Below are positions 18,649-28,394 of a stretch of DNA of 64,000 nucleotides, piece by piece. A program made the translations under genes and the position numbers. This DNA is from a bacterium (GTDB taxonomy: Bacteria > Patescibacteriota > Patescibacteriia > UBA10025): contig JAKAGM010000001.1 of NCBI GenBank assembly GCA_021815445.1, positions 3,447 through 67,446 of the forward strand, in the 5' to 3' direction. The notes under the pieces were generated by a model. The model did not search any database and was not told the DNA's origin. It worked only from the letters and a program-made list of their open reading frames with translations. The number at the start of each line of letters is the position of its first letter. The stretch's first letter is position 1.

Positions 18649-19068
18649 ATGGCCGGAGAAGAAAAACAACAGTCTTCCACAGCTTTAAATGCCGGTCTCA
18701 TAGCCCTTGCCGCGCTTGTGATTGCGGGAAGCATCTTTTTTGCATTCCGACACAAGGTTGCGCCTGCGATGAACGCTCCATCAGCGGGGACAAACACCCC
18801 GGCGGCTGCGCAAAATGCCAACACGGGAAAATTTGAAGGCGATTCCATCACCGTGGGATGCTCCAGTAATGACGACTGTGTCGTCTGGGGGTGTTCAAGC
18901 CAGCTCTGCGGGAGAAAGGTGAAAGTGCAAGACTTAACAACGACGTGTGAATATAAGGACGTTTACTCGTGCACAAAGCTGACAACATGCGGATGCTTCG
19001 AAGGGGAATGCCAATGGCAGCAGACGCCCGATTATACTTCCTGCGTGGAGAAAAAGAAGTCTTCATGA
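18649..19068 (+). CDS. TM-anchored small Cys-rich (eight-cysteine-cluster-like) protein
   Basis: An AAGGAGG sequence lies upstream. TM anchor followed by CSSNDDCVVWGCSSQLCG...CEYKDVYSCTKLTTCGCFEGECQW. Confidence 0.55.
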   Translation: MAGEEKQQSSTALNAGLIALAALVIAGSIFFAFRHKVAPAMNAPSAGTNTPAAAQNANTGKFEGDSITVGCSSNDDCVVWGCSSQLCGRKVKVQDLTTTCEYKDVYSCTKLTTCGCFEGECQWQQTPDYTSCVEKKKSS

Positions 19069-19108
19069 AATTTTCAGGAAGCGATTTTATCCTGTATCTA
19101 TTGAGAAG

Positions 19109-19138
19109 TTGACAGTCTTTTTATCGCGAAGGTATACT
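19109..19138 (+). promoter_or_regulatory. sigma70-type promoter (TTGACA-18 nt-TATACT)
   Basis: TTGACA at 19109-19114 and TATACT at 19133-19138, upstream of htrA. Confidence 0.55.
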
Positions 19139-19176
19139 TTTTACCACATCGCGTAATAACGAAATACGAACGTTGT

Positions 19177-20442
19177 ATGGACACAAAACCTCAAGTGCAT
19201 TCAAAACCCCCGGAAATGTCTCTCAGCAAGAATCTGTTTGTAGTGGCGATAATCACCAGTCTCGTTATCGGCGGACTTTCAGGAGGTATTTTTGGCGTTG
19301 TGGCAACACAAAATCCCCAGTTTACCTCATGGATCCAAAAAAATGTCTTAAACTCTTCCCGGGCCTCTTCGACAGCAAATCTCACGGGCACCGGCAGCAC
19401 GCTCCAAGTCCAAGAGGATTCGGCCACTGTCGACGTGGTCAAACAGGCGACGCCGGCTGTCGTGAGCATCGTTGTCAAGCAGGACTTGAGCAAGCTCAAT
19501 AATAACAATACGTTCCCTTTTTTCAATTCGCCTTTCCAATTTAACGTTCCCCAAGGAGAACAGCAGATCGGCGCGGGAACCGGCTTTATCATCACCTCCG
19601 ACGGGCTTATCCTTACCAATAAGCACGTCGTTTCAGCCGGGCAAGACACCACGGGCAGCGCGACGCAATACACGGTCATCATGAATGACGGCAAGCAGTA
19701 TGACGCGACAGTCGTCGATACCGACCCGGTGAACGATTTTGCGCTGATTCGAATCAAGGCCACGGGGCTCCCCAAGCTTGACCTGGGAGATTCCGATACC
19801 GTCCGGGTAGGGCAGACGGTCATAGCCATCGGCAATGCCCTGGGACAATTCAGCAACACGGTGACGAAAGGGGTGATCTCGGGACTGTCCCGGACTATCA
19901 CGGCAGGAGACAGCCAAAACACGTCCGAAAGGCTGGAAAATATCTTTCAGACTGACGCGGCAATAAACTTCGGCAATTCGGGCGGACCGCTTCTCAACCT
20001 GGCCGGCCAGGTCGTCGGTCTCAACACGGCCATCAGCCAGCAAGGCCAGCTCATCGGATTCGCTATCCCTATTAACCAGGCAAAGACCGTTATCGCGAGC
20101 GTGCAAAAGTACGGCAAAATCGTGCGTCCGTACATGGGCGTCAGGTATGTGCAGGTGGATGATGCCGTAGCCGCTGAAAACAAATTAAGTGTCAACTACG
20201 GGGCGCTCCTGCTCAAGGGAAGCTCGGCAAATGAACCAGCGGTGATAGCAGGCAGCCCGGCGGACAAAGCCGGACTCGTGGAGAATGACATTATTCTCGA
20301 GTTTAACGGGAAGAAAATTACCGCTGATAACTCACTTGCGAGCGCCATCCAGAAGCTCAATCCAGGGGATACCGTCCAGCTCAAAGTTCTGCGCCAGGGA
20401 AAAGAAAAAAATATTTCGGTGACTCTCGAGGAGTTTAAATAA
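19177..20442 (+). CDS. htrA: HtrA/DegP-family serine protease with PDZ domain
   Basis: GTGFIITSDGLILTNKHVV (His region), D...ALIRI, and GNSGGPLLN (catalytic Ser), followed by a C-terminal PDZ-like region. Confidence 0.9.
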   Translation: MDTKPQVHSKPPEMSLSKNLFVVAIITSLVIGGLSGGIFGVVATQNPQFTSWIQKNVLNSSRASSTANLTGTGSTLQVQEDSATVDVVKQATPAVVSIVVKQDLSKLNNNNTFPFFNSPFQFNVPQGEQQIGAGTGFIITSDGLILTNKHVVSAGQDTTGSATQYTVIMNDGKQYDATVVDTDPVNDFALIRIKATGLPKLDLGDSDTVRVGQTVIAIGNALGQFSNTVTKGVISGLSRTITAGDSQNTSERLENIFQTDAAINFGNSGGPLLNLAGQVVGLNTAISQQGQLIGFAIPINQAKTVIASVQKYGKIVRPYMGVRYVQVDDAVAAENKLSVNYGALLLKGSSANEPAVIAGSPADKAGLVENDIILEFNGKKITADNSLASAIQKLNPGDTVQLKVLRQGKEKNISVTLEEFK

Positions 20443-20455
20443 TAACAAGAACGTT

Positions 20456-20938
20456 ATGAATATACGGGCAGAGGAAGAACTCGGAAAAACGCATTCCATG
20501 CACGAAGGGCAGGGAGATCAGGGTGCTGATACAGAGCACCAGGATTCCGAGGACGGGCATGAGGAAGAAACGAAACTTTCATGGGGTGAGCTTCATGATG
20601 CGCTCGAGGAGACATGGAAGATCGCGCAGGGCCTTACGGAGGACGAAGCTACCGGTTCAAAAGCGGCTGCAAAGCTCGGACAGCGTCTCCGGATGAAAAG
20701 CCAGGCGCTTTTTGATGTGTTAGAGGGGACATTGGAACTCGCAGGTCTCGACCATACGCGTGTGAGAGAAGCTATGGAGGATCTCGTATCGTTGGCTCGA
20801 AATCACCAAAAGGAATTCTTTGTCCATGGTCTCACGGACTCATCTGCGGCAAGCGGAGAACTGTTAAAAATCCACAACCAGTTCAAAAAAGGGCTTGGCA
20901 GCAAGGCAGAATTGGAAGAGCACCGGAAGGCCGCATAA
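20456..20938 (+). CDS. hypothetical acidic helical protein
   Basis: A 160-aa ORF with no recognisable motif. It is tightly spaced after htrA. Confidence 0.4.
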   Translation: MNIRAEEELGKTHSMHEGQGDQGADTEHQDSEDGHEEETKLSWGELHDALEETWKIAQGLTEDEATGSKAAAKLGQRLRMKSQALFDVLEGTLELAGLDHTRVREAMEDLVSLARNHQKEFFVHGLTDSSAASGELLKIHNQFKKGLGSKAELEEHRKAA

Positions 20939-21007
20939 GAGAACAACTATTTAGGAATAAAAAAACGGGGGCACAACTGTGTGTCCCCGGGGTATTTCGG
21001 TGCTTCT

Positions 21008-22357
21008 TTAGAGCAACGACAGGCACTGGTCGAGCTCATAATTCGTCACCGCTGTGCGGTAGCCGTCCCACTCGTGGCGTTTATTGTCAACCAGCGAGCC
21101 ATGAATGTGCGGGCCAAGCGTCTCCTGCATCAACGTGCTTGCCTCGAAGAGATCCGTTGCTTCGGCCAGACTGCCCGGAAGCGATCCGATGCCATGCTCT
21201 TTCAGCTCCGCTGTAGTCATTTCGAAGATGTTCTGTTCGATGGGCTCCGGCAGCTTATAACCTTTGTCGATTCCATCAAGTCCAGCGGCGAGCATGCAGG
21301 CGAAGGCGAGGTACGGGTTGCACGCCGGGTCGGCTGAACGAAGCTCGATGCGCGTGGCTTTTTCTTTCCCGACACGGTACATCGGCACGCGGACGAGCGA
21401 CGAACGATTTCTGCGTCCCCACGAGATGTAGACGGGCGCCTCATATCCTGCCACAAGGCGCTTATACGAATTCACCCACTGGTTGAGCACAAGCGTCATT
21501 TCGCGGACATGGGTGAGAATCCCGGCCATGAAAGAGCGCGCCAGTGCGGAGAGATTGTAGGGATCATCGGGATCGAAGAAGGCATTCTTGTCGCCTTTGA
21601 AGAGCGACATATGCGTGTGCATCCCGGAGCCGTTCTGGCCGAAGATCGGTTTGGGGATGAAGCTTGCATACGCACCTGCTTCAAGCGCGAGCTCTTTCAC
21701 CACAAACCTGTAGAGCATCGCGAAGTCAGCCATTGTTGATGCCTCCTGATATCGGAGGTCGATCTCGTGCTGGGAAGGGGCGACTTCATGATGAGAACAC
21801 TCGACCGGAATGCCGATTGCCTCCAGAGAAACCACGGCTTTTTTGCGCAGTCTGGTGCCCTCGTCCACTGTCGAGTAATCGAAGTACCCGCCACTGTCGA
21901 GGGGCGTGGTCCCGTGAGCGTCGCGAAAATAGAAGTACTCGATTTCCGGACCGCAATTGAATTTGTAGCCGCGGTCCGAGGCCTTCTTCAGGACACGCCT
22001 CAGAACCTGGCGAGGATCGCCATGGTAAGGAGTGCCGTCGGGATTGCAGATATCGCAGAACATCAAGGCGATCTTTTCCCCGCCGATTTCCCAGGGGATA
22101 ATCCGAAACGAGTGGAGGTCGGGCATTGCCATCAAGTCAGATTCTTCGATGCGGACAAACCCCTCGACGGAAGAGCCGTCAAAACCCTGTCCCTCTTCCA
22201 GAACTGTCTCCATTTCACTGCGAGTGATCGACATTCCCTTCATCTGGCCGAGAATGTCAGTGAACAGAAGGCGCACGTACCTAATCTTGTTCGTGTCGAG
22301 CGCATCGCGCGCCTGCTGCGAGTTGGTCACTTCGCGTTGTTGTGTACCCTGTTCCAT
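21008..22357 (-). CDS. glnA: glutamine synthetase type I
   Basis: A 449-aa protein with IRYVRLLFTDILGQMKGMSI, FDGSSVEGF, GSGMHTHMSLF and NPYLAFA motifs. Confidence 0.93.
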   Translation of the reverse strand: MEQGTQQREVTNSQQARDALDTNKIRYVRLLFTDILGQMKGMSITRSEMETVLEEGQGFDGSSVEGFVRIEESDLMAMPDLHSFRIIPWEIGGEKIALMFCDICNPDGTPYHGDPRQVLRRVLKKASDRGYKFNCGPEIEYFYFRDAHGTTPLDSGGYFDYSTVDEGTRLRKKAVVSLEAIGIPVECSHHEVAPSQHEIDLRYQEASTMADFAMLYRFVVKELALEAGAYASFIPKPIFGQNGSGMHTHMSLFKGDKNAFFDPDDPYNLSALARSFMAGILTHVREMTLVLNQWVNSYKRLVAGYEAPVYISWGRRNRSSLVRVPMYRVGKEKATRIELRSADPACNPYLAFACMLAAGLDGIDKGYKLPEPIEQNIFEMTTAELKEHGIGSLPGSLAEATDLFEASTLMQETLGPHIHGSLVDNKRHEWDGYRTAVTNYELDQCLSLL

Positions 22358-22625
22358 ACGAGCTCCTTTGGGTTAGCGGTTGGTTGCCTATATTGACAAT
22401 GATCCATTTTTCCTCGGAAAACGCGAAAACTCTCCGGTTTGAGCTTCCTTTTTTTACCCCTCCGACTCCGGGAAAAAAGGAAAAAACTCCGTTTGGAGAG
22501 TTTTTTTTATTCTACTTTGAATTGTAGATATAGAGAGTGTAGCAAGATTTTACCAGAGGGTAAAAGAGGGTTATCCACAGGCTCTTATTGCGTAGACAGG
22601 GAAAGCTCATGCCTCCGGCAGGGCT

Positions 22626-22727
22626 TACTTTTTGTGACCAAAAAGTAGGCAAAAAGTCTCGGGGTTTTCGATTCGCGAGAAAGTCAGATCCTTTTTCTAT
22701 CTCGGATTGGCTCAGCGAAAACCCCGA
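22626..22727 (+). repeat. intergenic repeat A with a long hairpin (upstream of prfB)
   Basis: cttttTGTGACc..AAAAAgTCTCGGGGTTTtCGATtcGCGAGA is shared with 23972..24018. tcggggttttcg (22659-22670) pairs perfectly with cgaaaaccccga (22716-22727). Confidence 0.6.
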
Positions 22728-22810
22728 ACCCCATATGTAGGAGTAGTATGGCGGGGTTTACCCCAAGGGCAGCGCTTGTTTGTTCGTCTTTTTTACTATA
22801 CACTTCCCCC

Positions 22811-23909
22811 ATGAACGAGATTATTGGGCAACTCAAAGAGCTTCAAAACAAAATCGCCCAGACCTGGGGGTTTCTTTGACCTGGACCAGACGCGGCAAAA
22901 AATCGGCGAACTGGAAAGTGAAGTAAGCGAACCGGATTTTTGGAAGGACACGAAGCACGCCAAGGCGAAAAGCCAGGAGCTCGACGAGCTCAAGGAAGAA
23001 GTTTCGCGTTGGGAGGCAATCAAAAAAGACGTTGATGACCTTGTCGACCTATCTTCGCTGGCCCACAAAGAGCACGATGAGTCCATACGCGGCGATGTCG
23101 AGAAAAAGTTCGCCGAAGTGACTAAACGCTTCAGGGAGCTTGAGTTTTACATCATGTTTTCCCAGAAGTACGATAAACGGAACGCGATTCTCGCTATCCA
23201 CGCCGGCGCAGGCGGGACGGATTCTCAAGACTGGGTCGCTATGCTTCTTCGGATGTATCTGCGTTTCTGCGAACGCAAGGGGTGGGTGGTAAAAATAGTC
23301 GATGAATCGTTCGGACAGGAAGCGGGCATCAAGAGCGTCACCATGGAAATCCACGGCCGATGGGCGTACGGACATCTGCGTTCTGAAGCGGGTGTACACA
23401 GGCTGGTGCGCATTTCACCGTTCGACGCTGAGAAGATGCGCCACACCTCGTTCGCGCTCGTTGAAATCCTGCCGGAGCTTGAAGAGCTTGAGGAGGTCAA
23501 GATTGACGACAAAGATCTCCGCATAGACACTTTTATGTCGTCGGGGAAGGGCGGACAAAGTGTCAATACGACGTACTCGGCGGTGCGCATCGTCCATATC
23601 CCGACCGGCATCATGGTTTCGTGCCAGAATGAGCGCTCTCAGCTCCAAAACAAAGCAACAGCGATGAAAATCCTCAAAAGCAAGCTGTATAAAATTACTC
23701 TTGAGAAACAGCAGGAAGAAAAACAGCAGTTGCGCGGCGAGTACCAATCGGCCGAGTGGGGGAGCCAGATACGTTCGTACGTGCTCCAGCCCTACCAGAT
23801 GGTGAAAGACCACCGGACAAAATACGAGGAGAATAATCCGGACGAGGTATTGAACGGGAAGCTGGAAGGGTTCATCGAAAGCTACTTGCGCTGGAAGGTG
23901 AAGAAATAG
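22811..23909 (+). CDS. prfB: peptide chain release factor 2, programmed +1 frameshift (join 22811..22876, 22878..23909)
   Basis: Frame-0 ORF MNEIIGQLKELQNKIAQTWGFL ends at an in-frame TGA. The +1 frame continues as DLDQTRQ... and carries the SPF and GGQ motifs. Confidence 0.93.
22866..22880 (+). promoter_or_regulatory. RF2 autoregulatory frameshift site
   Basis: GGGGG-TTT-CTT-TGA-C, an SD-like element 3 nt before CTT TGA C, with the same architecture as E. coli prfB. Confidence 0.9.
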
Positions 23910-23971
23910 CGGCAACACAAAAGCATCGGTTATTCAAAAAAACAACGACATTGCTTTGTCTTCGGCGGAGC

Positions 23972-24018
23972 GCTTTTTTGTGACTGAAAAAATCTCGGGG
24001 TTTGCGATGTGCGAGACG
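23972..24018 (+). repeat. intergenic repeat B (partial copy of 22626..22683)
   Basis: cttttttGTGACtgAAAAAaTCTCGGGGTTTgCGATgtGCGAGAc. It lacks the 3' arm of the hairpin. Confidence 0.55.
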
Positions 24019-24044
24019 GATCGAGGTTTGGGAATTAGAGTAGT

Positions 24045-24070
24045 GTATCAGTGTGTTAACACATTGATAC
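24045..24070. repeat. 26-bp GTTAAC-centred palindrome, copy 1
   Basis: GTATCAGTGTGTTAACACATTGATAC. The right arm overlaps a TTGATA-18 nt-TATAAT promoter (24064-24093). Confidence 0.85.
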
Positions 24071-24239
24071 ATACATAAAACTGTTTTTATAATGCATTGA
24101 CACTTGTGTGGGCGACTGCTACCATTGTCTAACCCTTTCGTACATTCGACATTCAAAAACATAACTACCAATAACAGTGCAGCCCTTTATATGTAGGCAA
24201 CACAAATTCTTAGTCCACGTTCTGAAGAAGGAGGATCAC

Positions 24240-24611
24240 ATGTCTAGAAAAGCGAAGTTCTGGATAACCTTAGTGCTTGGTCTCATCTACACCCTGTTTG
24301 GGTGGATGATGACCCATCATTTGCTGGCGGTCATCCTGACCTACGGCGCGCAGTCGGTGATTGCTGCGATCATCGCCGCGTCGTGCAACGAGCGCAATCA
24401 GCGTATCGGCGGCTGGTGGACGTTTGCCCAGGGTATGGCTTTCTGTGTCGTCGGCGGTTTCATCACTGGATTGCTCTACGTCTGGATCGCCTGCGGTCTC
24501 GCGGCAGTTGTCTACGGCGCTGGGATCGGAGGGATCAAGCTGGAAGAAGAGTTTCAGGAGAATCCTTCGATTCCAAAAGCACAACTGGGCATATGTTCAG
24601 TGTGGTGCTGA
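24240..24611 (+). CDS. small four-TM membrane protein, unknown function
   Basis: ATG at 24240 is preceded by GAAGGAGGA. The protein is hydrophobic and 123 aa long. The track start at 24177 has no RBS. Confidence 0.55.
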   Translation: MSRKAKFWITLVLGLIYTLFGWMMTHHLLAVILTYGAQSVIAAIIAASCNERNQRIGGWWTFAQGMAFCVVGGFITGLLYVWIACGLAAVVYGAGIGGIKLEEEFQENPSIPKAQLGICSVWC

Positions 24612-24733
24612 TGTGACCATCAGTATGTTTCTTTCGACCCGCTTATGAGTGGGTCTTTTTTTATGTGCTTGCCCAGATGAACGTTTTGTGATAGAATACT
24701 CCTGTTAGCAACTTTATTCATCTTACCGCACTT

Positions 24734-26230
24734 ATGGGTCCGGCAAGAGCTTTTTTGTATATTCTCATCAGTTTTATCCTCGGGGTGGGGACTCGTTCTT
24801 TACTGCCTATCCCAACGGTTTTCGCTTTGACTGTCAGTGTGGTGGCGTTTTTGGGCATGATAATTGCGTTTCGTCACGCGACGGCGCGGTTCATATTTCT
24901 CTGCGCGCTTTTGTTTGCTCTCGGCATATTGCGCTTTAACATTTCAGAACCGCGCAATGATTCTACTGCCATTCGGTCGCTGAATAATAAGGGAACTGTG
25001 ACATTTATGGGTGTTGTTGTGCAGGAGCCTGATGTTAGGCAAGACAGCGTTAAGTTGACGGTCTCGGTGCGAAAGGTCCAACTCAAAAAACGTGATGCCG
25101 CCTACCGTGGCAAAGTTCTTGTAACAGCTCCGCTATATCCTGAGATTGCATATGGAGAGGCGCTTCTCATAACCTGTACGTTCAAATCTCCGGAGCCTGT
25201 CCAGGACTTTGCCTATGACCAGTACCTGAGCCGATTCGGCGTGTATTCTCTGTGTTCTTTCCCCCGCATCAAACGTGTCTCATCAGGGCAGGGGAATCCG
25301 ATCATGAACAGTATTCTCAACGTTAAGCGTTTATTCACCAACCGCATCCAAATGGCCGTACCTGAGCCGGAAGCGTCGTTTCTCGGGGGACTTGTGCTTG
25401 GTGCAAAACGCTCAATACCTCAAAAACTTATGGATGCATTCGCTCGGACAGGGACGACGCACGTCGTGGCGTTGTCAGGGTACAATATTACCATCATCGC
25501 AGTATGTATCCAGAATCTCTGCCGAGCTCTGCGAATTCCAAAGCGTAAAGGGTTCTGGGTGGCGCTTGGAGTGATTGCCATATTCATCCTTATGACCGGA
25601 GCTCAGGCATCAGTCGTGCGGGCGGGGATTATGGGTGGTCTTACTTTGCTTGCCAACCGCCTCGGCCGGCTTTCACGGATTACCAACGCGCTCGTACTTG
25701 CCGCATTTTGCATGTTGGCCATCAACCCGCGCATCCTTGCTTTTGACGCCGGCTTCCAGTTATCTTTTTTGTCCACTCTCGGGCTCGTGTACTGTTCGCC
25801 GCTCATAGAGAAATGGTTCGTTAAAGTTCCCGATGTCCTCGGGATGAGGTCGAGCCTTGTTGCCACTCTTTCGGCAATGATGTTCACGCTACCGCTGATT
25901 GTCGCGACTTTCGGGAGGATTTCGCTTATTGCGCCGCTTGTGAACGCGCTCATACTTCCGTTTGTCCCTCTTGCCATGGGTGTCGGATTTGCTACGGGTA
26001 TTGCGGCGTTTGTCTGGCTGCCGCTCGGGAAACTGTGCGGCTGGCTCGCCTGGCTGGTACTACGTTCAATACTTTTGGTTATCGAAACAGGATCATCACT
26101 GCCTTTCACATCATATTCGCTGTCACATATTCACTGGGCGTTGATTATTGCATGCTATGCCGGTATTATTTTTGTCCTTTGGAAAAATAAAAAAAGACCG
26201 CGGGGCGATATCGTGCGCCCTGCGGTATGA
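24734..26230 (+). CDS. comEC: ComEC/Rec2 competence channel protein (DUF4131 plus Competence domains, no MBL domain)
   Basis: A polytopic 498-aa protein with GGLVLGAKRSIPQKLMDAFARTGTTHVVALSGYNITII and QASVVRAGIMGG, typical of ComEC. Confidence 0.85.
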   Translation: MGPARAFLYILISFILGVGTRSLLPIPTVFALTVSVVAFLGMIIAFRHATARFIFLCALLFALGILRFNISEPRNDSTAIRSLNNKGTVTFMGVVVQEPDVRQDSVKLTVSVRKVQLKKRDAAYRGKVLVTAPLYPEIAYGEALLITCTFKSPEPVQDFAYDQYLSRFGVYSLCSFPRIKRVSSGQGNPIMNSILNVKRLFTNRIQMAVPEPEASFLGGLVLGAKRSIPQKLMDAFARTGTTHVVALSGYNITIIAVCIQNLCRALRIPKRKGFWVALGVIAIFILMTGAQASVVRAGIMGGLTLLANRLGRLSRITNALVLAAFCMLAINPRILAFDAGFQLSFLSTLGLVYCSPLIEKWFVKVPDVLGMRSSLVATLSAMMFTLPLIVATFGRISLIAPLVNALILPFVPLAMGVGFATGIAAFVWLPLGKLCGWLAWLVLRSILLVIETGSSLPFTSYSLSHIHWALIIACYAGIIFVLWKNKKRPRGDIVRPAV

Positions 26231-26260
26231 ATTCCTTGATAAAACATTGACACTTGACTG

Positions 26261-27190
26261 TCAGGTTTTCTCGGCCCAGATGGCCTCGGCTTCCTCAAGA
26301 AGTTGGATTCCTTCATTCTCGGGGCGCTGGAAGATATTGCGTCCAATGATGCTTCCAAACCCTCCGCCATCTCTGATGGCACGGATTTCCGAGAGAACCG
26401 CGGCCTTGTCTTTTGCTTCGCCCCCCGAGAAGAGGACGATCCTCCGGCCGCCGAAAGCGGACTGTATAACGTGTTTGATACTGTCGACGAGCGCAGTATG
26501 AGGGATGTCCAGATCTTCGTAGAGTTTCGATCCCTCTTGCTTACCGGCGAAGTACAGACTTCCTCGCGGCGGCTTCACCTTGACGATGTGCGCCCCAAGC
26601 TGGCAGGCGATGTGCGCGGCGTAGGCGATCACATCCGTAGCCTCCTGTTTCGCCTTGGTGTCGAGGTTGCCGCCTCGCGGATACGACCATACGACGACGA
26701 CCAGCCCGGCTGCCTTGGCCTCTGCGGCGATCTCGCGAAGCTGCTCATACATTTCACGCGAACGCGGAGATCCGGGGTAGATCGTAAATCCCACGGCGCG
26801 ACAGCCCAGGCGCAGCGCATCTTGGACTGAAGCCGTTACGGCAGGGCACGGATCGCCGGTGGAGAGCAGGTCGCTGTTGTTGAGTTTGAGTATCAAGGGG
26901 ATTCCCCCTTTGAATTCTTCGAATCCGGCTTCCAGAGCACCGAGAGGAGCAGCGTGGGCGTTACACCCCGCCTCGATGGCAAGATGGAAATGGTATCTGG
27001 GGTCGTATCCTGCCGGGTTCTTTGCGAAACTGGCTCCCGGACCATGCTCAAAACCCTGGTCAACGGGCAGGATGACCAATTTGCCGGTGCCCGCCAGCCT
27101 GCCGTGGTTGAGAATCTGTGCAAGATTCGCCAGCACTTGCTTATTTTCTCCCCGGTACCACGAGAGAATTTTATCAACTGGTTCTGACAT
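26261..27190 (-). CDS. fbaB: class I fructose-bisphosphate aldolase (FbaB/DhnA type)
   Basis: GRLAGTGKLVILPVDQGFEHGPGASFAKNP...AIEAGCNA...VKVKPP is collinear with E. coli FbaB. The start is refined to the ATG at 27190, 6 nt after AGGAGG. Confidence 0.85.
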   Translation of the reverse strand: MSEPVDKILSWYRGENKQVLANLAQILNHGRLAGTGKLVILPVDQGFEHGPGASFAKNPAGYDPRYHFHLAIEAGCNAHAAPLGALEAGFEEFKGGIPLILKLNNSDLLSTGDPCPAVTASVQDALRLGCRAVGFTIYPGSPRSREMYEQLREIAAEAKAAGLVVVVWSYPRGGNLDTKAKQEATDVIAYAAHIACQLGAHIVKVKPPRGSLYFAGKQEGSKLYEDLDIPHTALVDSIKHVIQSAFGGRRIVLFSGGEAKDKAAVLSEIRAIRDGGGFGSIIGRNIFQRPENEGIQLLEEAEAIWAEKT

Positions 27191-27339
27191 ACTCTTCCTC
27201 CTGTTACGTGGTGGTTTTGGTGAGCGATGTTGTTTCATGTTATTGCGAGATCACTCTATCATGTACCGTCTTGAGCGTCAATATAAGAAAAACGACCGCG
27301 GATTAATGCGGTCGTGACGTATTCAGAGTGTGCCGAGGG

Positions 27340-28293
27340 TCAGCAGTTGTTCCTTCCAAACTGATGTTTGGTTTCCATGAAGCGGATAGTGCCTGAAGCC
27401 GAGCGTCCCATGATTGAGTAGGTCACGTCTCCGTGAGGAGTGGTGCGTACACCGCGGAGCAGATCGCCGTCAGTGACCCCGGTGGCAGCAAAGATCACAT
27501 CCTCACCGCTGGCCAATTCCTTTGCCGTGTAGATCCGATCGGGATCCGTGATGCCCATTTCACGCGCTCGTTCTTTCTGGGCATCATCTTTCCACTGGAG
27601 CTGGCCGAGTATCTCGCCGCCCATGCAGCGAAGCGCCGCGGCGGCAAGCACCCCTTCAGGCGCGGCACCGATACCCATGAGCACATCAACGGGACTGTCA
27701 GGGAGCGCTGTCGCTATAGCCCCTGCGACGTCGCCGTCCTGGATGAAGTGGATGCGGGCGCCCGTAGAGCGGATCTCAGCCACCAGATCGTTATGTCGAT
27801 CGCGCTTCAAGACGACCACTACCAGGTCGCGCATCGGTTTACCAAGGGCCTTGGAAATCCTCTGAAGGTTCCAGGTGGGGGACTCTCGCAGATTGATGAC
27901 TCCGCATGCTTTGGGCCCGACAGCAAGTTTCCGCATGTAGCCGTCGGGAGCATGGAGCAGAGTGCCGGGATTGCCTGCGGCTATCACGGACATTGCGTTC
28001 TCGCCGCCCTCGGCAGTCCGGTCCGTACACTCGAGAGGATCGACAGCGATGTCGAGCTCGAGGCCATGTCCGGATCCAACCTTCTCGTCGATGAAGAGCA
28101 TGGGAGCTTCATCACGCTCTCCCTCGCCGATGACGATAGTGCCTCGGATGTCGATGAAGTTAAATTCACTCCGCATGGCTTCGACAGCGGCACTATCAGC
28201 GGCATGTTTATCGCCCCGACCAATCCAACCCGCGGCGGCTCGTGCAGCCGCCTCGGTGACTCTGACAAATTCAAGTGCAATGTTTTTATCCAT
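27340..28293 (-). CDS. glpX: class II fructose-1,6-bisphosphatase GlpX
   Basis: LEFVRVTEAAARAAAGWIGRGDKHAADSAAVEAMR and GEGERDEAPML motifs. The start is refined to the ATG at 28293, after AGGAGG. Confidence 0.88.
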   Translation of the reverse strand: MDKNIALEFVRVTEAAARAAAGWIGRGDKHAADSAAVEAMRSEFNFIDIRGTIVIGEGERDEAPMLFIDEKVGSGHGLELDIAVDPLECTDRTAEGGENAMSVIAAGNPGTLLHAPDGYMRKLAVGPKACGVINLRESPTWNLQRISKALGKPMRDLVVVVLKRDRHNDLVAEIRSTGARIHFIQDGDVAGAIATALPDSPVDVLMGIGAAPEGVLAAAALRCMGGEILGQLQWKDDAQKERAREMGITDPDRIYTAKELASGEDVIFAATGVTDGDLLRGVRTTPHGDVTYSIMGRSASGTIRFMETKHQFGRNNC

Positions 28294-28394
28294 TCCTTTG
28301 CCTCCTGTTCTCGTGTTTGTAGGTTTGTTTTCCATAGTTCAGTCGTATTAAAATCATCTCATTTTTCGAAAGGTTTTGTCAACATCTGTAATGT

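Noticed and set aside
22358-22560. The region upstream of glnA, considered as a glutamine riboswitch (glnA RNA) or an orphan small RNA, because of direct repeats AAAACTCTCCGGTTTGAG / AAAAACTCCGTTTGGAGAG and a T8 run.
   Set aside because: There is no match to the glnA-RNA consensus (CGUUCA...GGAAGUAGG...GAACGC). The local stems are only 4 bp long, and no convincing promoter exists for a + strand transcript. I left it as an unexplained intergenic repeat.
24045-24070. The GTTAAC palindromes, considered as integron attC sites.
   Set aside because: The attC core R' is GTTRRRY, and here GTTAACA has C at the third R position. The element is only 26 bp long and lacks the extrahelical-base asymmetry of attC sites. 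No integron integrase gene is in the window.
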